From a virus (lineage: Duplodnaviria; Heunggongvirae; Uroviricota; Caudoviricetes), in IMG/VR virus record IMGVR_UViG_3300035210_000190: DNA of 64,000 bases; one strand, 5' to 3'. Every line of letters starts with the position of its first letter. Position 1 is the first letter of the stretch. Shown in pieces: positions 56,251 through 64,000 of the stretch. Position numbers and translations under genes: made by a program. The notes below the pieces were generated by a model, which was given only the letters and a program-made list of their open reading frames with translations, searched no databases and had not been told where the DNA came from.

Positions 56251-56342
56251 GTGCCTGAAATTTGAGAAAACAATTGTGAGTTTTTTCCATTTGTTGTATA
56301 ATAGCTTTAATCTAATCCATACTTGTATTGAGGAATTTATTC

Positions 56343-56750
56343 ATGGCATTCGCCTACTCAGCCGCTTATCTCGCTCACGGTTCGAATAAACTTTTCGAAG
56401 ATCTTGGTGTGGAAAAAGGTAAACTTCACATGACCACTTGCTTCGACACCACAGCTACCATCAAGCCATCTGACAATATTGATATTGTCTACAAATCGGC
56501 GGTTATCTCCAAAATTACTGAACGTTTAACACCGTATGGCGTTTATGTGATTGCTGAGTTGTCTGATTGTGGGTGGAGCATGGTGCTGAATGCTCATTTC
56601 AAATCCAAAGGTGCCGTTGAAGACTTGCCGCATTTCCCTCACATCACCCTGTTGAAAGCTTCGTCACCTGAGTTGGTCGAGAACCTTCAATCGCTCGTTG
56701 GCACAGAAATTTATTTTGACAGCCATGTCGTTAAGGTCAAAGGACTTTAA
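56343..56750 (+). CDS. acb1: 2H phosphoesterase resembling anti-CBASS nuclease Acb1 (T4 gp57B)
   Basis: Two HxT motifs in KLHMTTCF and GAVEDLPHFPHITL, paralleling my recollection of T4 57B KIHSTICY and GATHDFDDYTPHITL; GAGGA RBS before ATG 56343. Confidence 0.7.
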   Translation: MAFAYSAAYLAHGSNKLFEDLGVEKGKLHMTTCFDTTATIKPSDNIDIVYKSAVISKITERLTPYGVYVIAELSDCGWSMVLNAHFKSKGAVEDLPHFPHITLLKASSPELVENLQSLVGTEIYFDSHVVKVKGL

Positions 56751-56800
56751 TTCCAGAAGCGGTTGTGTTATAATGCTTCATCAAAATTGAGGTTTTAGCC

Positions 56801-57322
56801 ATGACCGAAAAAACAGTTCGCTTTGTCCATATCTACCATCCAGCCTATTTGGGTGGTGATGTTTATGCGATTAGTCAACCCCATTTGCATGACACAGCAG
56901 AAAAGTCTATTACTATGGGCAGCAGTGGCATGAAAGAAGGTAGACTGATGCATGATTGCGTTCAAGTTGAGTGGACGGCGGATGATAATGAAACGGTTTA
57001 TACAATCCCAAAAGATTATTTTGTTCCAGAAGGGTGTATTGTTCGTTTTATGAACGTGGAGCGGCCCAACCACATTCAACCTGATAGTTTTGTGGCGGGT
57101 CAAGTGGGTTTGTATGCCACAGCAGAAGCCGCTAAAGCACAAGCAGATCGTATTAGTCTTGGCTTTTGGATGGAACGTCACTATGTCGCTGTTGCAGTTC
57201 CTGTTATCTTTAAAGGGCTGCCGATGGCTGATGGTTGGGTAAAACATGACCGTGTAAATTACACCGCCGTTCACCGTGAAGAATTGCGTGTAGTTGATAT
57301 GACACCTACACCGAGCTATTAA
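56801..57322 (+). CDS. Hypothetical protein
   Basis: GTGTTATAAT promoter, GAGG RBS. Confidence 0.8.
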   Translation: MTEKTVRFVHIYHPAYLGGDVYAISQPHLHDTAEKSITMGSSGMKEGRLMHDCVQVEWTADDNETVYTIPKDYFVPEGCIVRFMNVERPNHIQPDSFVAGQVGLYATAEAAKAQADRISLGFWMERHYVAVAVPVIFKGLPMADGWVKHDRVNYTAVHREELRVVDMTPTPSY

Positions 57323-57438
57323 AATCCGATAAAAGGAAATTTTTATAGCCTAATTCCGTATTGGTTTTGGGCTTTTTTCTTTACAATTTTTGCATTCTTT
57401 GGTATAATAGACCTCACAAACCAACGATGAGGTGCAAC

Positions 57439-57555
57439 ATGAAAAATCTTAACGCAACGATTGTTCGTCTTGTTAAAACCTGTAAGTCGGTCAAAAAAGC
57501 TCTCACCCCTGTCCAAGACAGTAGCTACAAATTCAGCCAAAATTATTTCGAGTAA
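57439..57555 (+). CDS. 38-aa basic small protein
   Basis: GAGGTG RBS, TTTACA-17-TATAAT promoter. Confidence 0.55.
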   Translation: MKNLNATIVRLVKTCKSVKKALTPVQDSSYKFSQNYFE

Positions 57556-57561
57556 TCATTG

Positions 57562-57720
57562 ATGACTATTTCTACACATGCAGAAGCCGTGACCTTATTG
57601 AAATCGTTGCAAGAACAACTCAATGATCCTGTCAATTTTGTTTATCTGTCAGAAAATCCTGAGTATTTGGCTCGCATTAATTCAATGGTCAGTGAACTCC
57701 GTTCCAAACTTAAAAAATAG
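57562..57720 (+). CDS. 52-aa small protein MTISTHAEAVTLL...RSKLKK
   Basis: Read manually; fills the operon gap. Confidence 0.55.
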   Translation: MTISTHAEAVTLLKSLQEQLNDPVNFVYLSENPEYLARINSMVSELRSKLKK

Positions 57721-57733
57721 GATTATTTTTTCA

Positions 57734-57934
57734 ATGAAAACAAAACCATTATTTATCCGTACAATTGATCCAGAACACCTCAATGACCTTGATTTTGATG
57801 TGAGTGTTATCCATATTTCTAGTCGTCAAAAATACAGCAGTGACATCTCAATGATTACTGTTGATGGCCGTCAGCATTATGTGTTCACTGCAGAACTTAA
57901 AGAGGTTGTATCTCTTCCCGGTTCTCGTATCTGA
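57734..57934 (+). CDS. Hypothetical protein
   Basis: AGGA RBS before ATG 57734. Confidence 0.65.
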   Translation: MKTKPLFIRTIDPEHLNDLDFDVSVIHISSRQKYSSDISMITVDGRQHYVFTAELKEVVSLPGSRI

Positions 57935-57935
57935 C

Positions 57936-58751
57936 ATGACTGAAAATCAGAAATCCCTCACAGACGCCTATCGTGAGTTTGGTGAAGAATTGAATAGCTC
58001 TGCCGCTGTGGTAGAGCTTCGTCGTATGCGTAATATTAATGCTGACACTATGTTCTACAACTCAACTCGCGTTAGTCACCCTTGTCTTGAAAATGAATTC
58101 ACTGCCATCACCCCTGTTGCTTATCTGAATCGTACTGAGCTTTATTTGCCTGCCATTCAGCTTTTCAACGACATTCAAAAAACAGATTTTTCAAACATTC
58201 ACAATGTTCTGGATGTGGTGCTTACCTCGGGTATTGAATGCTGCATTTTTTCGGAAGGTGATCATCAGTTCAAAAGCTATTTGACGATGAAGGATTCATT
58301 TTTTTCAGGTATTAAATCTTGCTATGACTTTTCGATAAAGCATTATGGCCTTCTTCGCATTCAAGAGCATGAGAAACGTAAACGAATGCTGAGTATGCAT
58401 TTGAATTTTGAATTGGGTGTGTGTCGTGAAGGGGCTTTTGTGCAAGCAAAATTTACAGTGCCTACTCGTTACAAGCCTTTTGACATTATGCTTTATGAGC
58501 TGAACCAAAGGTTCTACCTTTCGGTACCGAAAGAATCAAAAGAAGTTCAACACCCAGAGAATGAAACGTTTATTTTTGAAGGTGAACAGGCACAAGCTGA
58601 TATCTATAAACTCATTCATGAACGGTATAGACATCGGGTCTTTTATTCCAATTTCAAAAAGCAATTTGACCGATATTATGATGATGATATTCAACTGGAT
58701 GGTCTTGATTTGTGGTCAACTGTTCAGCTTATGGACGCAATTAAAATGTAG
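57936..58751 (+). CDS. Hypothetical protein ending ...VQLMDAIKM
   Basis: ATG 1 nt after previous stop. Confidence 0.8.
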   Translation: MTENQKSLTDAYREFGEELNSSAAVVELRRMRNINADTMFYNSTRVSHPCLENEFTAITPVAYLNRTELYLPAIQLFNDIQKTDFSNIHNVLDVVLTSGIECCIFSEGDHQFKSYLTMKDSFFSGIKSCYDFSIKHYGLLRIQEHEKRKRMLSMHLNFELGVCREGAFVQAKFTVPTRYKPFDIMLYELNQRFYLSVPKESKEVQHPENETFIFEGEQAQADIYKLIHERYRHRVFYSNFKKQFDRYYDDDIQLDGLDLWSTVQLMDAIKM

Positions 58752-58810
58752 TCACCATTGACGAAAACAACATTTTGATCTATAATTGTCGGACACATTA
58801 GGAGTATAGA

Positions 58811-59293
58811 ATGCAAGAATTGGCCTCAGTCATTAAAGAATTCATGTTGAAACGAGGTGAAACCATCTCGGTTGCTGAAAGCCTCACCAGTGGCTATCTG
58901 CAGGCCCACATGTCCGCAGTTGCAGGATCTTCTAAGTATTTTGCGGGTGGTATTACCGCCTACAACATCGACATGAAAGTTAAGTTTTTGAATGTTGATC
59001 GAGCGAATGCTGAAACATGTGATTGCGTCAGTGAACAAACCGCCATCGAAATGGCAAAAGGCGTTGTTGAGCTTTTTGATACTGATTATGGTGTTGCTAC
59101 CACGGGTTATGTGGATAAAGAGAACTCGAAAGGAATGGCCCATGCTTATTTTGCCATCTACTCACGCAGAGATCGCAAATTGCATAGTTTCTTTATGTCT
59201 TGCACCCATTTGGAAGAAAGAACTGCAATTCAGGCATATTTTGCTAGACTTGCGACCGAAAAGTTGGTAAAATTCTTAACAGTTGACCTCTAA
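58811..59293 (+). CDS. pncC: CinA C-terminal domain protein / NMN deamidase (PncC-like)
   Basis: ISVAESLTSG, GSSKYFAGGITAY...K, VSEQTAIEMAKG and VATTG signatures; catalytic Ser and Lys positions present. Confidence 0.88.
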   Translation: MQELASVIKEFMLKRGETISVAESLTSGYLQAHMSAVAGSSKYFAGGITAYNIDMKVKFLNVDRANAETCDCVSEQTAIEMAKGVVELFDTDYGVATTGYVDKENSKGMAHAYFAIYSRRDRKLHSFFMSCTHLEERTAIQAYFARLATEKLVKFLTVDL

Positions 59294-59319
59294 ACACTTT
59301 TAAAAAGGCTCTCTTAATC

Positions 59320-59766
59320 ATGCAAACTATCAAAGCAGCAACCAATCAAGAACTTGTTTTGGTACGTGGTCACTCGGGCAGTGGTAAATCCACTTTCGCG
59401 GGTTCTTTTGTTCCTTTCGGCTACAAGCATTTTGAAAACGACAGTTTCTTTGTCGGTGAAGATGGCGTTTACAAATTCGACTTTGCTTTCCATCAGGTTG
59501 CCAAAGACGAGTGTGTCAAAAAAGCGGTTCAAGCTTTGCTGGATGGGGAATCGGTCGTGGTGAGTAACACCTTCACCAAAGTGGTTGAAATGGACTCGCT
59601 GGTTTCTTTCGCTAAAGAGTTGGGCATTGATATTCGAATTTTTGAGATGGAAAACGATTACGCCAATACCCACAACGTGCCAGAAGCTGTGATTATCGAA
59701 AAGAAGGCTGCTTTTGAGCCGATTGAGACGGCTTTGAAGGTTAAAGGTGATTATGTAGTCGTTTGA
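59320..59766 (+). CDS. P-loop kinase (AAA_33 / polynucleotide-kinase-like)
   Basis: LVRGHSGSGKSTFA, VVVSNTF, HNVPE. Confidence 0.85.
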   Translation: MQTIKAATNQELVLVRGHSGSGKSTFAGSFVPFGYKHFENDSFFVGEDGVYKFDFAFHQVAKDECVKKAVQALLDGESVVVSNTFTKVVEMDSLVSFAKELGIDIRIFEMENDYANTHNVPEAVIIEKKAAFEPIETALKVKGDYVVV

Positions 59767-59826
59767 AAAGATACGCCTTAAAAAGCCTCACAGATGTGGG
59801 GCTTTTTTATTTCTTAATTAAAACAA

Positions 59827-60510
59827 TTATTGAGCGATAGCTTTTCTACATATTTTAGAATAATCATACAAATCGATCCAAGTGTAGGAATGCGAAGTTT
59901 GGTAATCACCGGAACGATATTCATAGCCGTTAACTACAAATGAAGCGGCTGGGGAACCTGTAAATACTAAATCACCCGCCCAGTAAATTTTTACCACTGT
60001 AGGTGCATCATTTGGACCAAAGTAGGCAACATACGCACTGTCTACAGTGGTTGTACTTTCACTACTGGTTAAGTTAACTACATATTCACATTCAAGAGCG
60101 GCGGCTGTTCCAATGGCTGTTCTTTGTTGCATACCGAGTGGGGTACTTCTTTCTTCAACCGTTGGACTTCCTACATTTCTTATGGCATTACTACCTTGTT
60201 CAATCTCTCGTTCTTGTTTGTTCCGAGATTCATCTTGAACACAACCAATTCCTGATTGTGTAAAGCTGACACCCGCATCATAGTTATCTGTTGATGGCAA
60301 CCATGTACAGTTTCTTAAACTTCCAGATGGTATCCAGCTAGTATATTCTGGGGTATAGCTTACCCATGAATTGCTTTGACCGCCTAAGTTAATTGAACCG
60401 TTTGGTAAACTTCCACCTTGAGCAATCTCAAGTGGCACATAAACGTTGTACTCAGCATATGTGATTTGTAATGTAAAAGCGAGAAATGAGCCTATAATTA
60501 TCTTTTTCAT
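59827..60510 (-). CDS. Secreted protein with one 90-aa-type repeat plus the C-terminal domain of 43858..44991
   Basis: Signal peptide ending TYA|EYNVYVPL; W..W...C.W.P......FTQ....C.Q...R..QERE; C...NGY.Y...ICR tail. Confidence 0.88.
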   Translation of the reverse strand: MKKIIIGSFLAFTLQITYAEYNVYVPLEIAQGGSLPNGSINLGGQSNSWVSYTPEYTSWIPSGSLRNCTWLPSTDNYDAGVSFTQSGIGCVQDESRNKQEREIEQGSNAIRNVGSPTVEERSTPLGMQQRTAIGTAAALECEYVVNLTSSESTTTVDSAYVAYFGPNDAPTVVKIYWAGDLVFTGSPAASFVVNGYEYRSGDYQTSHSYTWIDLYDYSKICRKAIAQ

Positions 60511-60713
60511 AATAAAATTATTGTTATTATATCTATTTTAATATTTTTATATATTTAGTCAATATATCACAACATATATCTGACATGCGACATTAGTGCA
60601 TTTTTAATGCCGAAAAAATAACCTTAAAAAATAAAAAATCTTGTCAAAAACCTTATTTTTGTGTATAATTAATCCATACCTAAATCGTCTGCTCACCTCA
60701 GTGATTATAAAAC

Positions 60714-61163
60714 ATGGCTAAGAAGACAAAACCTAAGTTCATATTACCAGAACCTCCAAGCGTTGAAGTTCTTCGATTGGAAACGGTTGATGGTTGTGGC
60801 ATTTATAAGAGTAATTCCAAAAATTCATCGGCTTTTTGTGTAAACATGACCACCAGTGAAGAATCTCTTTGGTGCCAAGTCACGAATAATTTTCAGGATT
60901 CATCCGTGCATCCGAATCCCTGTCAAGAATTCGGAATTGAACTTGACTACTGGCAGGAACTTTTTTGTGGGTTTGCCAATTTGGAACAATATCGTAACTG
61001 GCTGTTCAATCCTTACTGGCGTCGGTCCTTTGCAGAACGTGGCGTAAAAATGGTTACTTACAAAGTTCCTCGGGATGAAGTTCGGTTTGGTCGTAAACAA
61101 ATACTATTTAATAAAAGTATGGCGACGAAAATCAAAGAAGAATCTTTATCTAATTATTTTTAA
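60714..61163 (+). CDS. Hypothetical phage-type protein (possible ADP-ribosyltransferase-like fold)
   Basis: VLRLE, HPNP, FCGF..LEQY..W, GRKQILF; fold assignment tentative. Confidence 0.6.
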   Translation: MAKKTKPKFILPEPPSVEVLRLETVDGCGIYKSNSKNSSAFCVNMTTSEESLWCQVTNNFQDSSVHPNPCQEFGIELDYWQELFCGFANLEQYRNWLFNPYWRRSFAERGVKMVTYKVPRDEVRFGRKQILFNKSMATKIKEESLSNYF

Positions 61164-61181
61164 AATTAAGGATTGAAAAAA

Positions 61182-61931
61182 ATGTCAACAATTCATGAGT
61201 ATTTATCATATGCATTCAAATCAACATTAGTTCACGACTACGAACAAGATATCAAATTAAAACTGACAACTCTTTTTACTCAATTGGGTTTAGAATTTTC
61301 TATCAATCCATCTAGTTTTATCAAACAAGATGTTGATTTTTCTAATGATCAATTAGAAGCCTATCACAAATATCATTTTAACTATGGCACTGTTATCATT
61401 CATCCTAATGAGAGTGGATTTTTTATTGAGTGCATATTCAATGATGAAATTAAACCAAACATACCGTTCAAATGTGATAATTGTTTTGTTGATTTAGATA
61501 AAAATATGACCTTAAATCAGGCTTCTTTTGAATGGTTTATTGATTTTTGCGACCCTACTAAAAAAGATTCTTTTTATCCATTCAATGGATTAAAGTTTTC
61601 TTATGTTATTAATGGTAATCTTGATGTTACAAGAGAAATATTTTATAAAATTATTTCAGCCTCATTCACTTCAATGACTGATGTAAATTTAAAAAAAGAA
61701 CTATTTAATTACGAGCAATCATTTAATTTGGTCTTAGTTCCATTTTTGAAAAATTTAACCAAGTCGCCAGAGTTATTCTATTCTATTTTTAGTGAATATC
61801 CAAATTATAATGCTATGATGAGTGATGTTAATGAGGCTAAATATTTTCTTGAACTGTTGTGGTCACAATATAATGAAAATGTAGAATTGTTAAAATCAAA
61901 ACTTTTGTTGCTTGATATGGGACACATTTAA
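61182..61931 (+). CDS. Hypothetical protein ending ...LLLLDMGHI; distantly like the 13641/20042 family
   Basis: AAGGA RBS; SPELF and terminal DMxxI. Confidence 0.8.
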   Translation: MSTIHEYLSYAFKSTLVHDYEQDIKLKLTTLFTQLGLEFSINPSSFIKQDVDFSNDQLEAYHKYHFNYGTVIIHPNESGFFIECIFNDEIKPNIPFKCDNCFVDLDKNMTLNQASFEWFIDFCDPTKKDSFYPFNGLKFSYVINGNLDVTREIFYKIISASFTSMTDVNLKKELFNYEQSFNLVLVPFLKNLTKSPELFYSIFSEYPNYNAMMSDVNEAKYFLELLWSQYNENVELLKSKLLLLDMGHI

Positions 61932-61999
61932 GGATCAGAAAAACCAACACAAATGTATCTTTTGTGGTATAATCATTCAAATTATTGAGGAATGTCAGC

Positions 62000-62488
62000 A
62001 TGCCAAATTTTGAAGTAGGTGATGTGGTTATCAACCTGAATCAAGTCCACCTTTGGAACAACACTTATCACTCCAAGCGTTTTATTGAATCCATGCGTGA
62101 AACCGTGACGGCAGTGAATGGCGATCTTTTTACCACTGATCCTCGGCAATCTTTGGCTGAGCATGTTTCTGATAAAAGCATGGACGCTCAACGCATTTTC
62201 CGTCAAGAAGATGGCCGTTGCATTGCGGATTCCAGCAGCTTTCGCTATAACCTTACAAAACATCCAGAACTCGTACTTTATCGGCTGAACGCTTGTTTTG
62301 ATGCAGGTTACGAAAAACTTAAGGCAGGCGACAAAGAAGCAATTGATGATCTTGAAGATCAAATTGCAGTGCTTCAACAAAAATTGAATGACCTGTATTC
62401 TGGTAAGCGACCTTTGACATCCAATCAAACAGTTCGTGAACACCATGACGAATGTGTAAAAGCTGTTCTGGCTAAATTGAAGGTTTAA
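62000..62488 (+). CDS. Hypothetical protein
   Basis: GAGGA RBS before ATG 62000; terminator 62514..62535. Confidence 0.8.
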   Translation: MPNFEVGDVVINLNQVHLWNNTYHSKRFIESMRETVTAVNGDLFTTDPRQSLAEHVSDKSMDAQRIFRQEDGRCIADSSSFRYNLTKHPELVLYRLNACFDAGYEKLKAGDKEAIDDLEDQIAVLQQKLNDLYSGKRPLTSNQTVREHHDECVKAVLAKLKV

Positions 62489-62547
62489 AACTTTTAAAGA
62501 AATATCTGTTACCAAGGAGCTTCGGCTCCTTTTTTGTTAAAAAAACT

Positions 62548-62576
62548 TTGACATAGACATCTAATTATCGTATAAT
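62548..62576 (+). promoter_or_regulatory. Perfect sigma70 consensus promoter
   Basis: TTGACA-17-TATAAT with no substantial + strand ORF before the next terminator. Confidence 0.9.
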
Positions 62577-62582
62577 TGTGGC

Positions 62583-62905
62583 ATCCAATACGAAATACAT
62601 TTATGTTTTCGTAAGGCACACACTGTTGTCATTTTTTGACATTCGGATAATTGGGAGGTCTTGGTGCAGACACTCATTCTGATGGGATTTACCTCGACCA
62701 TTGGGGACTGCAAGGGGAAAACGCTATTAACTTTCTTAGCAGAAAGGATCGAAAGATTATGGCACATGAGCTAGGTAGCGACTGCTCTGCAATCTGACTC
62801 GCTCAGATTGTATTAGAGAGATCCTTCGATGAAGTTTTCTTTAATACAATTTCAATGAATCACAATCAACATAAGCCCTTTTGGTGTAAGCCATTAGGGT
62901 TTTTT
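62583..62905 (+). ncRNA. Unknown ~320-nt structured RNA
   Basis: Multiple nested stems (TACGAAA/TTTCGTA, GAGGT/ACCTC, GAAAAC/GTTTTC, AAGGATC/GATCCTT, GCAATCTGA/TCAGATTGT); ends in CCCT..AGGG-T-run terminator. Confidence 0.65.
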
Positions 62906-63101
62906 ATTTATCTTTTTTCGCTAAATCGTCTAAATACCTATTCTGGTGGATTTACAAGACTGGACTTTTTTGCTAAAATAGAGGATCAAATTTCAGTTAT
63001 GATATTTTTGAAAAAACTTAGAAATGATTGAAAAAAATCTTGTCATTGATTGACTTCGTTGGTATAATTACCCCACACAAACAGATACGGAGTTACACAA
63101 G

Positions 63102-63452
63102 ATGAGCACTTCCCAAGTAGCAGTTGCAAACGCCGAACGCACTACCGAAGAATTGACCGAAGGTCTTGAAAAGCTTCGTCAGCTCATGATTGCGGACTAT
63201 GATCGCACAGGCTTCAACATGGGGTATGACATTGAGTTTGAATTTGGCTCGAAATACATCCGGGTTATTCACAATAATGGCCGTGGTAGCCGTAGCTGTT
63301 CAGGTTTTGTATGCTGCGACCGTAACCACAAAAAGTTCGAATTTGGTGCCTTGCTGAAAGACGCGGGTTGGAAAGCTCCTGCAATGAACAAAGCTCGCGG
63401 TAGTGTGTTTGCACTCGAAGGCAAAACCATTGCATGGACTGGCATCCAATAA
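63102..63452 (+). CDS. Conserved phage-type protein (GSKY.R...AGWKAPA..RG), paralog of 63672..64000
   Basis: TTGTCA-17-TATAAT promoter, CACACAAACAG leader, GGAG RBS, terminator follows. Confidence 0.85.
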   Translation: MSTSQVAVANAERTTEELTEGLEKLRQLMIADYDRTGFNMGYDIEFEFGSKYIRVIHNNGRGSRSCSGFVCCDRNHKKFEFGALLKDAGWKAPAMNKARGSVFALEGKTIAWTGIQ

Positions 63453-63671
63453 CACTGACCACAGAAAAGGGGCTTCGGCCCTTTTTTTTTATCTTTTATT
63501 TTCATTAATTGGATCTGATGGCTTGCGTGGCTCTCTTTTTTTATGATAAAATGAAGGATCTTTTCTAAATATCCGTTCATAAAATATTTTAAAATTAGGA
63601 CGAATAATGTTGTTTTTGATGATTTACTTTGTTATAATTATCACACACAAAGAAAGATGGAGTTACCAGCG

Positions 63672-64000
63672 ATGACCACTTCCCAAGCCGTTGCACAAGT
63701 AGTTACTCACGCTGACACTGAGAACAAAACTGTAGAAGATCTTCTTGACGCAATGGAAAATCTTCGTCAGATGATGGTAGAAAACTACGGTGTGCAATCA
63801 GGTCGGAATGAATATGATGTCTATTTCGAAGCCGGTTCCAAATATACCCGCCTCTACTACAAAACCAGTTGCCAACGTATGTGCCTTGGCTTTATCGTAA
63901 ACACCAAAAACCACAAGAAGTTCCCATTTGGCACGCTGTTGATGTCAGCCGGTTGGAAAGCACCAGCAGTCAACAAGGGCCGTGGAAACATCTTCAATCT
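63672..64000 (+). CDS. Paralog of 63102..63452, 3'-truncated by the window end
   Basis: MTTSQAVAQ...AGSKYTRL...KKFPFGTLLMSAGWKAPAVNKGRGNIFN; absent from the ORF track because no stop is in the window. Confidence 0.85.
   Translation, partial: MTTSQAVAQVVTHADTENKTVEDLLDAMENLRQMMVENYGVQSGRNEYDVYFEAGSKYTRLYYKTSCQRMCLGFIVNTKNHKKFPFGTLLMSAGWKAPAVNKGRGNIFN

Noticed and set aside
62655-62712. HDV-like ribozyme topology
   Set aside because: P1/P2/P3 order is suggestive, but P4, the L3 consensus and the catalytic C junction are not evident
62561-62767. 68-aa minus-strand ORF
   Set aside because: Antisense to a perfect promoter and structured RNA; no expression signals
1869-63580. Numerous 60-140-aa alternative-frame and antisense ORFs in the track (e.g. 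8419..8712, 19573..19899, 39385..40026, 54637..55230, 61982..62515)
   Set aside because: They overlap better-supported genes that have RBS, promoters, motifs or paralogs
1-64000. CRISPR array, integron attC array, IS/transposase, DGR or retron
   Set aside because: No regularly spaced direct repeats with unique spacers, no attC core sites, and no integrase, transposase or reverse transcriptase motif seen
1-64000. Assignment to a named phage genus or host species
   Set aside because: No marker genes (terminase, capsid, polymerase) in the window; style alone is insufficient

Overview
AT-rich, gene-dense window (about 95 mostly + strand ORFs). It is built from short transcription units, each with a sigma70-type promoter (TTGACA/TTTACA-17-TATAAT) and an intrinsic terminator (often a GAGGC-TTCG-GCCTC hairpin). 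No capsid, tail, replication, rRNA or CRISPR features are visible. The architecture best fits the early/accessory region of a jumbo phage of a Proteobacterium; a phage-like megaplasmid cannot be excluded. Recognisable cargo: M17 leucyl aminopeptidase, SMR/EmrE exporter, GT2 glycosyltransferase, trypsin-like lipoprotein, PncC/CinA-C, P-loop kinase, ABC-type ATPase, Lar-like protein, Acb1-like 2H phosphoesterase and a PD-(D/E)XK nuclease. Main unexplained signals: (1) two signal-peptide-bearing His-Me/WHH nuclease toxin plus immunity pairs with a shared EA|GI cleavage site and a cationic N-terminus, one frameshifted in an A7 run; (2) about 10 proteins ending in the same acidic-helix-(D)MxxI/Y terminal motif; (3) a CCA-ending tRNA-Ile(AAT)-like gene with a structured 79-nt D-loop insertion, co-transcribed with an unknown structured RNA; (4) two more aberrant tRNA-like RNAs, twin ~100-nt sRNAs and a ~320-nt structured RNA; (5) three dispersed promoter-microprotein-terminator cassettes missed by the ORF track; (6) a family of secreted repeat proteins with a shared AxYxVxxxL mature N-terminus. 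All homology calls are motif recognition by eye; no searches or folding programs were run.
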